Shown: positions 1 to 10,941 of the stretch, one piece after another
Layout: every line of letters begins with the position of its first letter
Numbering within the stretch: position 1 is the first letter of the stretch
Source: Ministeria vibrans ATCC 50519
Lineage: Eukaryota; Protista; Filasterea
Reading direction: 5' to 3'
Length of the DNA stretch: 34,210 nucleotides
Assembly: GCA_943704425.1 (NCBI GenBank)
Contig: CALSCP010002369.1
Span: 1 to 34,210 of the forward strand
Translations under genes and position numbers: made by a program
The notes under the pieces: generated by a model
Told to the model about the DNA's origin: nothing
The model's input: the letters and a program-made list of their open reading frames with translations, nothing else
Database searches by the model: none

Positions 1-21
1 CCCCCTTTTTTTTTTTTTTTT

Positions 22-1361
22 TTACTTCCATGAGACATTTCCAATTCCCTGAAATTGCCGACGCAATGAATTGGGATCGGCCCACGCACTATCCAAATGC
101 GTGTCTTCCATTTCACTCTCAAGTCGTTTCAGTTCCTCCTATGAACAATTTTCACTTAGTCTCCTCAGTGTCACTCTCACACACAGTCATTCACACTCTC
201 AGTGTCACTCTCACTCACAGTCGTTCACACTCTCAGTGTCACTCTCACTCACTCACTCTCCCACTCTCTCACAAACACCAAGCTCTCTTGTCTCTGCCGT
301 ACTTGTCTCTTATGATATTCCATCATAAGTCGCTTCTGTGTCTCCTCATCCACTCGTGGCTCTCTTCCGGGCGCTCCACCCCCCTTCCGCTGCACTTTCA
401 CCACAATCGTCGTCTGCAACACAACATTTTTCCAGTTTCAACGCCTCTCTGTAGCTCACCCCCCCATCCCTTCCCCCTCCACACCTTCTCGTTTGCTCCT
501 ATATAGTCCTTGACCGTCTTCCCTCGTTCCATCTGCTTTCCTGCCCACCACATTTCACCCGTCTCCCCATCAATCTGATCCGCCACTTCGCACTCCTTGG
601 TGTCCTCCAGTAGCTGGCGTGCGGGTTCGTGTGGGGGTAATCCCATAGGGTAGACAATGGTGAGAGCACCACGAATAAGCTGGAATTGCGACGTGACCGT
701 CTCCGCAGTCAGAGCAACCCGTCGCTTGGCCTTATAAAGACGTACTATGTCAGAATTCATTCGTCAACACTTGCCCCTTTCTCCTACTTGCTCTGGCCCT
801 ACGGCGGCTCGCGCTTCCGCAGCAGTCTTGACAAGCATCTCCGCTAGCTGTCCCAGGGGGGCGTTGCCTCCGCGCCGGCCCATGGGGTCAGCGTGGGCGA
901 CAGAGCCACCGCTTGGCAAACACTTTGCCGCCCATTCGTCAACCAACTTCAATTCCTCAATCTGCGCAACATTTTCGATCAGAACAAACCTCTCCCATCA
1001 TCCAACCGCCACCACCGCACTAGCGACCCTCACACCTGCGACTCATGAAGACCCTGCATGGCGGGCGGGAGTGCAATGCCGTGCTGCGCAATCAGCTCAA
1101 TCGCATCACAAAGCGCCTGTAGTCGTCGGATGTCGTTGTACACCCGCAAGACTTCGGGAACAAGCTTCTCAAGAGCTGCACAATGAAGGGGTTAAGCGGA
1201 AAACAAGGGCATCGCAGTAAACAAGCTCAAATCAGATTTTCGTTTCGATAGCAACCGTTTTTTTTTTTGTGCGTTTGCTCATTCTCTTCATCACCTGCTG
1301 CCGTCGTTGTTTCCCACAGAAACACTTGGTCGTCGCCGCGTTTTACATTCAAATGTACCAT
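22..1361 (-). CDS. CFAP298: Cilia- and flagella-associated protein 298 (C21orf59/Kurly homolog), 6 exons
   Basis: Exons 1361-1295, 1175-1036, 961-788, 730-485, 413-303 and 138-22, all GT-AG and in phase. They give MVHLNVKRGDDQVFL...HGIALPPAMQGLHESQIEELKLVDEWAAKCLPSGG...IRGALTIVYPMGLPPHEP...WWAGKQM...GAPGREP...YHKRQEELKRLE...WADPNSLRRQFQGIGNVSWK*, collinear with CFAP298 from end to end. Confidence 0.95.
162..272. repeat. Degenerate (TCAC)n/CTCAGTGTCACTCTCAC repeat in the last CFAP298 intron
   Basis: CTCAGTGTCACTCTCAC occurs three times within TC/AC-rich sequence. Confidence 0.7.
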
Positions 1362-1442
1362 AATAATATTAAGTTAATTAATGTGATCTAATCTCTCGAA
1401 TTAATAAATTAGGGAAAGTTCAATGTTTTTATTTTTATTTTT
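1362..1442. promoter_or_regulatory. Putative bidirectional promoter
   Basis: 81 bp of very AT-rich sequence between the divergent ATGs at 1361 (-) and 1443 (+). Confidence 0.55.
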
Positions 1443-2477
1443 ATGCAGCACTCCCTTCCCGACGAACTTCTCGTCCAAATATTGCTTCGGTGCAATCCGG
1501 ACACTGCCTTGGCTCTGCGCTGGAGCTGCACGCGCTGGTTTTCCATCACAACGTCAGATGGGTTTGAGAGTCTTCGTTTTGGTCTCTCGTCCATTTCGGC
1601 ACTGTCCGACCGCGAACGCTCTCGTGCGCTTCGGGTGATGGACCTTTTAGTGCGTACTTCGCGCGACACGTGGGAGAACCGCCTCAAGGTGCGGAATTCC
1701 GTCGGATTTTGTGTGCAACATGGTCAAAACATTTTGAGTGGCGCAGTCGCTCCAGCTCGCTTTGTGAATGAAGAGGACGACGACGACGACTACAGTACCG
1801 ACTCCGAGCCTGAAGAGCACGACAAGGAGCCTACAGCGTGCCGTGTGGGGTGCGAGGATTTGGTTCGGTTTCTGCTGACCGACGCACAAGTCAATCCGGC
1901 GAATGACCGCCAGAGTGCACTGCGACAAGCTTGCGCCATGGGACACGCCCGTGTAATCTCCATCTTGCTCTCCGACGTGCGTGTTGATCCGAGTATTGAG
2001 AGCAGTTTCGTGGTGCACAAGGCGTGCGTTGCAAATGCACTCGAGGCGGTGCGTGTGTTGCTCGCGGACAGTCGTGCCGACCCGTCAGCTTTTGCAAACA
2101 GTGCCCTGGTCTCTTCAGCGTACCTGGGGCTTGCCTCTATAGTAGACGAGCTGCTAAAAGACCCGAGAGTGAATCCAGCGGCACGCGATGACGAGGCCAT
2201 TCGATTTGCCTCTTTCAATGGACACACTGAGACAGTGCGGGCGCTGCTGCAAGACGGTCGTGTCAATCCCGCTGCACTCAACTTTGAAGCTGTCTCAGGC
2301 GCCATCATCAAGAGTCACACTGAAATTCTTGCACTTCTTCTTTCCGACGAGCGGGTGCGCCCGCCTCATGACTTTCTCCGCAAGCAGTTGCGACAACCCA
2401 AAGTGCAGTATGGCAACCCCGCCATCATGCGCATTGTCCACTCTTACATTGCAGCGTTCCCCGAGGACCCGCTGTAG
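1443..2477 (+). CDS. F-box-like plus ankyrin-repeat protein, intronless, 344 aa
   Basis: N-terminal SLPDELLVQILLRC...LRWSCTRW (F-box-like), an acidic linker, then about 5 ankyrin repeats of the 'V(D/N)PAAxxxxAIRxASxNGHxExVxxLLxDxRV' type. Confidence 0.85.
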   Translation: MQHSLPDELLVQILLRCNPDTALALRWSCTRWFSITTSDGFESLRFGLSSISALSDRERSRALRVMDLLVRTSRDTWENRLKVRNSVGFCVQHGQNILSGAVAPARFVNEEDDDDDYSTDSEPEEHDKEPTACRVGCEDLVRFLLTDAQVNPANDRQSALRQACAMGHARVISILLSDVRVDPSIESSFVVHKACVANALEAVRVLLADSRADPSAFANSALVSSAYLGLASIVDELLKDPRVNPAARDDEAIRFASFNGHTETVRALLQDGRVNPAALNFEAVSGAIIKSHTEILALLLSDERVRPPHDFLRKQLRQPKVQYGNPAIMRIVHSYIAAFPEDPL

Positions 2478-2924
2478 CCTATGGAATGCTGATGTTTTGT
2501 TTTTTATTGGATATAGAGGGTAGGGGATGGGGATAACAAAACATAACACTAACTCGTTGTCGCATTTCTCGACTGAAGAGTGTCTTTATAGAAGTCGGAC
2601 GGACGGTGAAGGTTGTTTTGATGATTTGTACGACCAAGTCAGAAAATACGTAAAATCATAAATACTCAGAAGGAGAAGAAGAATGGAACCCGTTTATTAC
2701 CGTTACAGTGAGTTAACAGTCACCACAGTCAAATTTACTATTGTAATAAGTAAAAGTAAATAATGCAACGAAGGCCAACTCTGCGAAGATGAAGCTCCCA
2801 TAAACGAATACCCAAAAAGTCAATAGATCATTCGTCATAGCCCATAGGACATAGGACATAGATTCATAAATACGCTCTTACAGCGAGCGTACAAAAAGGA
2901 ATCAGTGAATTAGTGAAAAAAGAG

Positions 2925-3003
2925 AAAATAATAATAATAAATAATAGAAGAAGAAGAATACAACCCAATAATAAATAATAAATTAATATAATAATTATTA
3001 TTA

Positions 3004-3039
<36 letters not shown>

Positions 3040-3102
3040 CATTCAATCAGAAAAATATTCAAAATATTTAATATCAGAATAATTAATTAATTAATATTTA
3101 AT
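2925..3102. repeat. AT-rich low-complexity tract with (AAT)n/(ATT)n microsatellite
   Basis: (ATT)n at about 3007-3040 and (AAT)n at about 2928-2980; almost no G/C. Confidence 0.85.
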
Positions 3103-3494
3103 TTCCTCGCCGAGCTTCTCTCATCGGTAGGCAATTTAGAACCTACCCACATCTCCCACGCAAAACACCCACACAAAAAAAAGAGCCAAAAGAGGAAAAC
3201 CATTTCGTTCGCGAATTTTCCTCTCATTTTCGTTTCACACCAGAGAAAACCGCCTCTTTCTTTGCACGTCTTCTTGCCATAGCGCCGCACTCTAGCCGAA
3301 ACTAGACGTGTGGGCATGCGAGGCGCTCTTTACTACTGCGATATTTTATCTACACGTGTCGAGCAAAAAAGCACTGACAAAAAAAAATATTCTTCTCTCG
3401 CAGCTCATTACGAGGCTTCTCCTCTTCGACTTTCTCTTTTGAGTGACTCCCTGGCCCAGAAGTTTCCGAGATTCCGGTGGCAACTCTCAGCGAA

Positions 3495-6400
3495 ATGCCG
3501 CGCAAAGCGGCCGAACCGACGGTTGAGGTTCAGTCGGTGCCTCCTCCGCCGCCTTCCTTTGCCAAACCCAGCGCGACCGTCGCTTCCTCGTCCCCAGGAG
3601 GCGCTCCACCGCCCATGGCGTATGCTGCAGCCGCAGCTTCAGGTCTTGCCAATGACCTGAAAAAACTTGACATCAGCGCATCGTCGTTGTCGTCGTCGTC
3701 GTCGTCGTCGCCATCGCCCTCTGCCACGACGCCCCCGCCCGTCAGTGTCAACGGGGCGTCGTCGCCGACACCCGCCACACCTGCTACTGCTCCATCATCA
3801 TCATCATCATCAGAAGCAGCAGCAGCAGCAGCAGCAGCAGCAACCAATGCAGCAGCAACGGCTGTAGCCAGTGACAGCAGCCCCAATGTAGACCATTCTT
3901 CGCTCTTTACGACGACCGCTGCTCTTAGTCCGACTCCCGCGTCACGTTCGAGGGCACGCACGTCGTCGTCACCGTCCAAGGGACCTCTGTCGCTCTCGTC
4001 GTCACAGGCAACGTGGAAGTGCAATTCGGAAATCAACGCGATGGCGCAGGCCGGTCGCGTTGACGAGGCACTTGCAATGCTCGGGCGAATGGAGGCAGAA
4101 GCACGCGCGGGCAACAGTGATATTGCGCCGGACACGGTCACATTCACGAGTGTCATCAAGGCGTGCGCCAAGACAGGCCGTGTCGACGAGGCACTGAGCA
4201 TCCTTGAGCGCATGGAGAAGGAGGCGGAGGCAGGTCGGCACGAAGTCGCACCCGACACCATCACGTTCACAACGGTCATCAAGGCGTGCGCCACGGCTGG
4301 TCGTGTCGAGAACGCGCTCACGCTTCTTATGCGCATGGAGCAGCTGGCCGAATCGGGTCGCAAGGACGTCGCACCCAACACGGTCACGTACAACTCAGTC
4401 ATCAACGCCTGTGCCCAGACAGGTCATGCCGACGAAGCCATGCGGGTCCTGCAGCAAATGGAAGACTCGTTGCGCGCGGGAAACGAACAGGTTGCGCCCG
4501 ACACGGTTACGTACAATTCGGTAATTAAGGCTTTTGCGCAGGCAGGTCGCGCCGAGCAGGCATTGTCCATGTTGCGCCGCATGGAGGTCGAGTCGACGAC
4601 GGGCGGTCGACCCGAGCTTGCCCCCAACACCGTCACCTTCTCGTCCGTCATCAATGCTATGGCACGCGCGTCGCTTGCAAACGAAGCGGTGCAGGTGCTC
4701 GAACATATGGAGCGCGAGGCGAGCTCGGGCCACCGCGAGATTGCACCCAATACGGTCACGTACAATGCAGTGATCAAGGCGTGTGCCAAAGCGGGCCAGA
4801 TCGACCGGGCTCTTGAGGTGCTGGGCACCATGGAGACGGCAGCGCGTAGCGGCCGCCATGAAGTTGCCCCCGACACCGTCTCGTACTCGACGGTGCTCAA
4901 GTCGCTCGCGCAAAAGGGCTGTGTCGACGAGGCACTCGTCGTGCTAGGGCGCATGGAGGCGTCGGGACGTCGTGAGGTTGCGCCCGACACGGTCACGTTC
5001 AATTCGGTGATCAATGCATTTGCGCAGGCCGGTCGTGTTGACGATGCCATGGACATGCTTGAGCGAATGGAGCGTGACGGACGTCTGCTTGTTGCCCCCG
5101 ACACTGTCACGTTCTCGTCGGTGATCAAGGCGTGTGCACAGACAGGTCGAGTCGACGACGCTCTTAAGGTTCTGGATCGTATGGAGAAGGAGGCAGCCAG
5201 CGGTCGACGTGAAGTCGCGCCCAACACGGTCACTTTTTCGTCGGTTATCGACGCCTGTGCCCAGGCCGGTCGTGTCGAGGAGGCACTGTCGCTGCTGGAT
5301 CGCATGGAGCGCGAAGCAGCCAACGGCCGCAACGAGGTCGCGCCCAACACGGTCACGTTCAACTCGGTGATCAATGCCTGTGCGCAAAAGGGCCGTGTCG
5401 AGGACGCCATGCGTGTGCTCAAGCGTATGGAGGCGAGCAAACGCCAGGATGTATCGCCCGACACGGTCACACTCACCAGTGTGATCAAAGCGTGTGCGCA
5501 CGCGGGTCGTGTCGAGGACGCCGTGTCAGTGCTGAGTCGCATGGAGACGGCAGCGTCGTCTGGCCGACAGAAGATGGCGCCCAACACGGTTACGTACAAC
5601 TCGGTCATCAATGCCATGGCGCAGGCGGGCCTCGCCGAGGAAGCCATGCAGGTGCTGGAGCGCATGGAAAAGGAGGCGGCTAATGGACGTCCTGAGGTCG
5701 CACCCGACACGGTCACCTACTCGTCGGTGATCAAGGCGTGCGCTCAGGCGGGCCGTGTCGAGGAGGCCATGTGGGTGCTTGCGCGCATGGAGATGGAGTG
5801 TGCTCTGGGCGGTCGTCAGCAAGTCGCGCCCGACACGGTCACGTTCAACTCGGTCATCAACGCCTGTGCCCAGGCCGGTCGTGTCGACGATGCTGTGTCC
5901 GTGCTCGAGCGTATGCAGCGTGCCGCCAACAGCGGTCGACGCAACGTCTGTCCCGACACCGTCACCTACTCGTCGGTCATCAATGCCTGTGCTAAAGCAC
6001 CCCGTCCTTCTCTCGACACTGTCGAGCGCATGTTTGAGATTTTCCGTCGTCTCCCAGCCGAGCAGCGCAACGAGCGCACCTATACGGCCATGATCAAGGC
6101 TCTGGGACGTGTCGGACGTGTCCAGGAGGCGGTGGGCCTGCTTGACGAAGACATCTCGCCCAACGTGTTTATGTACAACACTGCCATTGGAGCGGTGGTC
6201 AACGATCGGCGCACAAGTCCTGCCGAGAAGCAGTCGTTGGTGTGGTCTCTCTATGAGCGTATGCTGCGTGCTCAGGTTGCTCCCAACGAGTTTACTGCTA
6301 ACTACGTGCGCAAGGTTGGCATTGATCCAGGTCCCATTGGTGGTGGTGGAGGCGGCGGCGGTGGCAGTACCGGCGGTGGTGGGGGCAGTGACTACTCCGC

Positions 6401-6741
6401 CGATTCGTCTAATGGCTCTGGCTCACGCACCCTTTCGAACGGCCGTGTGACTCGTGGCGGTCGGGGTGGTGGCAATGGTGGTGGTGGACGTTCACGGGGT
6501 GGTGGACGTGGCGGCCGTGGTGGTGGTCGTGGGTACCATCAGCAGATGCAACTGCATCACCAACAGCTTCAGCAGCAGCAGCATCACCACCACCCACATC
6601 ATCACCAGCAACAGCAACACCATTCTCAGCAGCATCACCATCAGCAACAACAGCAACAGCAGCAACAACAACAACAACAACAACAGCAACACCATCCGCA
6701 TCACCATCAAATGGACGGTGACCTCGGATTTGTTCCCATGC

Positions 6742-6775
<34 letters not shown>

Positions 6776-7358
6776 GCAACAGCATTACCAGCAACAGCAG
6801 CAACAGTTTGTGCCTTCGGCTCACGTACAACATCATTTGCAACAGCAACAACAACAACAGCAACAGCAGCAGCGGCAGCTTCACATGCAGCAACAACAAT
6901 TTCAGCAACTTCAGCAACAACAACAACACCAGCAACACCTTTATCAACCACACGAACCGGTACACACGACATCAGTGACTCCTACGACAGCAGCAGCAAC
7001 GACAACCACAACAGCATCAACAGGAACCGGAGCAAGTGCGCTAGCCGACCGGGACGCGCCATTGGTTGAGCCGTCCAGTTCGGGTGGCTGGCCCAGCGTG
7101 TACTCGCCCAGCGACGTCGCCTCCATGGGCTTCTATCCGTCGGGTACGAGTGCCTCCACAACTGCCGTGGGTGGTTCACGCCACGTCTATGGCGGTATTG
7201 GCTCGTCGTTTGCCCAGTCAGCAGGTCCTTCGCTCATGGCGGCCGGCGGTCCCTTTGCCTCCAGTGGCTTTGCTCACGAGCTCTCCGCCTCGTCCCCCCT
7301 CAACGATTCCCATGCCTTCATGTTTGCCGCCTGGAATGGGCAGTCCAGTCATGAGTGA
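3495..7358 (+). CDS. Pentatricopeptide-repeat protein with about 19 extended repeats (mostly 38-42 aa), Ser/Pro/Ala-rich N-terminus and RGG plus polyQ/H C-terminus
   Basis: Tandem motif TVT(F/Y)(N/S/T)SVIxACAxAGRVxEAxxxLxRMExxxxxGxxxVAP(D/N) over about 4010-6290, i.e. the P-type PPR consensus with an insertion. First ATG is 3495 (the ORF track starts at GTG 3477). Single open frame. Confidence 0.93.
6536..6950 (+). repeat. Coding (CAA/CAG/CAC)n tract giving polyQ/H
   Basis: Long CAA/CAG runs in frame in the PPR gene. Confidence 0.95.
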
Positions 7359-8045
7359 TTTTCATTTGTGTCTGTTTGTGTGTCTGCGTGCCGGCGTGTG
7401 AGTGGAGAGAGAGCGCGTCGTCGGGAATAGTGTGCGTGTGCGTGTGTGTGCAGGTGTGATGAGAAGAGAGGGAGGGACAGAGAGATAGAGAGATGAACAG
7501 AGAAAGAGAGCGAACACAGAAAGTGAGAGAAAGTGAGACCGACTTCAGACGTGAATAATAATTATATTTTGATGCAATAAAAAAAAGAAAGTATGAAACT
7601 GATTCGAAAAACACCCGCGATGCGATTTCAATTTTTTGTACAAGTGATCCACTTTATTTGCAATGCGTTTTCTGATCTTGATGCTCTCCTCGTTCCTCTA
7701 TCGGTTGCCTCTAACAGCAATTGCGGCAAAGAGGAGCAGCGGCATAGCACACGCCCTGGGCATCCAAAGAAGAGAAGCAAATACACGGATGCCACCGCCA
7801 ATTTGTTGGCACTGAGAAACACAAGCTTGCTCCGCCATGCAGTTGTCGTAAGAAATAATGTCATCTATTGATTACCATGATACAACATGATACTACTAAT
7901 AAGTTATAATAGTAATAAATGAAGTGAAAACAGAGATGAAAATAGTAAAATTAATAATATTGTGTTTTAAAAAGGAAGGAACACTCACACATTTTCCCAC
8001 CCATATATACGTGCACCCAACGACGAGGAAAAAAAAAAGGCAAAA

Positions 8046-10469
8046 TTAAAAAAAGCCTGTTTTGTGGATGTCCTCGAGCGGACACGCCTGCTCGTGGGTT
8101 GAGCTCAGACTGAGGCAGAAGCACTTGAGAAAGGCGGCCACTTTGTTTTTCCGCAAATTGTGCACTACGTCGTTGGGCAAGCGCGCAAAGGTGTCGACGC
8201 ACAGCAGAGACGGGCAGTCGGCAAACACACTGGCGGAGCGACCAAGAACGTGGCTTAAGATGTCCGGCCAGCGCTCTTTCATGTCTGTAGAGAAAGAAAA
8301 AAAAGAAAGATTTGCCATGAATTGGGAATTTATTAAGAAAAGGGTTTAAACCGCATTACCGCGAACTCCGACGTAGAACGAGTCAATGCAGAGCTTTTTG
8401 TTGCCGTAGAGTAAGCGAATGGTGAGGAGTGCACAGTGCTCCTCGGGTGCCAACGCGTTGGGGACGATCAGATCGAAGGTGTGCCGGAAGGAGCCAACTT
8501 TGACCCAGGCAGTGCTGACAAGCGTTTTGGTGGGGATCGAGTTGAAGGCAAGGTGCACCTGAGCATAGGTGTTGTCGAGAGGTTCGGCAAAGTAGGTGTT
8601 GAGGGAGACGCGAAGGATCACCGACGTGTTCGTGGCAGAGGGCACACGGAAGCTTGTCACGACCAGTTGCTTGCGACCGGCCGGTTCGGGTTTCAGACCG
8701 GAAATGGGTGGCTCTGGGGAGGCGCTTGGCACCAGCGCAAAGCTGACGGTTTGTTGTGAGGTGCGGGCAAGTGAAATGTGCGAAGCGCGCCACGGGAACT
8801 CAAAAGACTGGCCGTGTCGGCCAAGGGACGCCCAGACTTCAAGCACACTCGTTTCGGTGTCGCAGGTGTCGCTGGAACAGTACGAAGACAATGGCAGTTC
8901 CATCGCACGTTCAGAAAAGAAAGGGGAAAGAGAATCTGAAACAGGAGTGCCGGAGGGGAGTGAGGAAGTGTCGGACGCGGGTGTGAACGTGGGTGAGGTA
9001 GATGCGAGGGCACAGTCGGCCGGAGTTGCTGGTGTAGGTGTCTCGAGTGAGGTAGATGCGGGAGTTGCCGGCGTGACAGCCGATGATGAAGGTGGCGGAG
9101 AAACACTTTCGAGGGAGGAAGAAGGAGCTGTGGCAAGAGGTGAAGCCAGAGGTGAGCTTTCGGTGGAGGATGCGGATGAAGCAGTGTCTCTGTGCGCGGC
9201 TGGTGTGACAGCTGCTTGAAAGTGTGTTGCGGCGAAGCGTAGAACTTTGTACTCGTTGCTTTGGTTGACAGCTCGCACGCACAGGTACAAATCGAAGCCT
9301 TGATCGAAGAACATTTGACACTGAGACTCCTCAACACCAAAAAGAAGGGTGGCAGCAGAGGTGCCGTTGTCGGTGGTCGTGGGCGCACAGGTCCGAATGC
9401 GAATGTCCAGCGCATGCACTGCGCCAATGACACTTGCACCAGTCCCTCCACCACTTTGGAGAGCACCAGAACAAGATGGCGCAGCTGACAGAACCCACCG
9501 TGTTTCCGGCATCTGATGCACAGCGCGAGGGCTAGCACTTGGAGCGTCGCTCAGGGTTTCGGCAAACCTAAACCACCACTCGCGATCCTGAGAATTTATT
9601 GTGGGTGGATACTGAATGAGGTAGTTGGCTGGCGCGGAGAGGTCAATGGGAACGCACTTGAGGGAGAGAAAGGGCTGCGTATCCAATTGGAAGTTGGCTG
9701 AGTCGTACGTTTCGCAGTAGCTGTACTGAGTGCAAAAAAAAGCATTGCCGGAACATGGCTCGCATGCAATATCTTGCACACATATAAGACTATCTGCAAG
9801 ATACAGAGGCACAAATCGGCTGAGCGGCAAATTGACTCCCATTTCAAAGAATACTCCGACTCCGTTTGCGTGCTTTGTCGAGTCGTCGGGCACGCGCGAC
9901 CGACTTTGGCGAACGGGGACCATCACAATTGTTGTCATGCCCCCAGCGTAGCCGTCATCGTACACTGTAACTTCTGCTGGCACAAAGCGGAAGGGCGACC
10001 GTCGTGGGACGGGCCGCGTATCCCTGTGCAGCGGAGGTTTGTGCTTCAGGATCAAAATGGGACCAATTTCAAACTCTTCCTTAGCAAAAGGCTCAATGAC
10101 TTCAATGGTCCTCAGCGGGCCAAACTTCAAGGACCTCCTCTCCGCCTCTGCGTGCAGCCAGCAAGTCCATCGTGTCTCCCACACATTGAATTTGTTATGG
10201 TACATTGCCGCATACGGAAACGACACTTTGACGGTTCCTCCACCGTTCACAACACGCACACACATCTTGGGACACGTCGAGCGCCCCCCCGTCGAGAGCA
10301 ATCGCGACGGGCACGTGCGGAACTCGTCATCTGCGAGATTCTCCTCCCCAAGTCGAAAATCGTTCAGGTCCGCATCTTTTTCTGCAAGCGCGAGGCTGAC
10401 CGTGGCATCCAGTGACGTGCCAAACTCTACCACGGCCCCGTTAGGGAAGCAGGTGCGCGTCGCAAGCAT
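8046..10469 (-). CDS. Hypothetical protein, about 782 aa, 2 coding exons, Ser/Pro/Thr-rich middle, no family recognised
   Basis: 707-codon ORF. Donor CG|GTAATG at 8359 and acceptor TTTCTCTACAG at 8285 join it in frame to 8284-8046 (DMKERWPDIL...). A perfect CAG|GTAAGT at about 10690-10698 (-) with downstream pyrimidine-rich acceptors suggests a 5'-UTR intron. Confidence 0.7.
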
Positions 10470-10941
10470 TTAAATTTACGATTCCACTTCTTCGTTCCTT
10501 CTCCCCTCAAAAAGAAGTTGAAGAACAGTTAGAACACAGGCGAGAAGAGGGAGCGGTGCAGTAGTGACCCCGTAAACTGCTCGTGACAAGACAACACCAG
10601 ATAAATACTGAAGAAGAAGAAGAAGACAAATAAATACTGTTTACTGTCCAAACGCGATCAAACTTTTGACGTGGCGCCAGAAAACCCGAAACTTACCTGA
10701 TAGGGCACTTCCCGTACTGGCTCACTAAAGTACGCAGCTACTAGCGTAACTAGATCGATGTTAGAAACGCCCCGCCTAGTCGGGCACTGCCGATTCGTCC
10801 GCACTCGCTGGTTTGTTTGGAAGTTCGTTTATTTATTTTTTCGACTAAAATAAGGACCCTTTAGGACTTATTGAGGCGACTCAAAAACTGAAACTGTCAA
10901 AATATTTCTATTATTTCACAATTTTCCTCCTTCTCTCCCGC

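Noticed and set aside
6-24. Poly-A directly after the CFAP298 stop, suggesting a retrocopy
   Set aside because: The gene keeps five introns, and homopolymer runs are common in this window.
2864-3046. 60-aa poly-Asn/Ile ORF
   Set aside because: It is a translation of an (ATT)n microsatellite in AT-rich spacer.
3530-5716. Long antisense ORFs (291 and 430 aa) over the PPR gene
   Set aside because: They are shadows of a GC-rich repetitive coding strand and have no independent motifs.
10689-10850. Possible U1 snRNA (AAACTTACCTG, then hairpin CGTACT-GGCTCACTAA-AGTACG)
   Set aside because: No AUUGCAC loop II, no clear Sm site and no terminal stem. It is better explained as a CAG|GTAAGT donor on the minus strand with acceptors at about 10608 and 10506. 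An Infernal RF00003 search would settle it.
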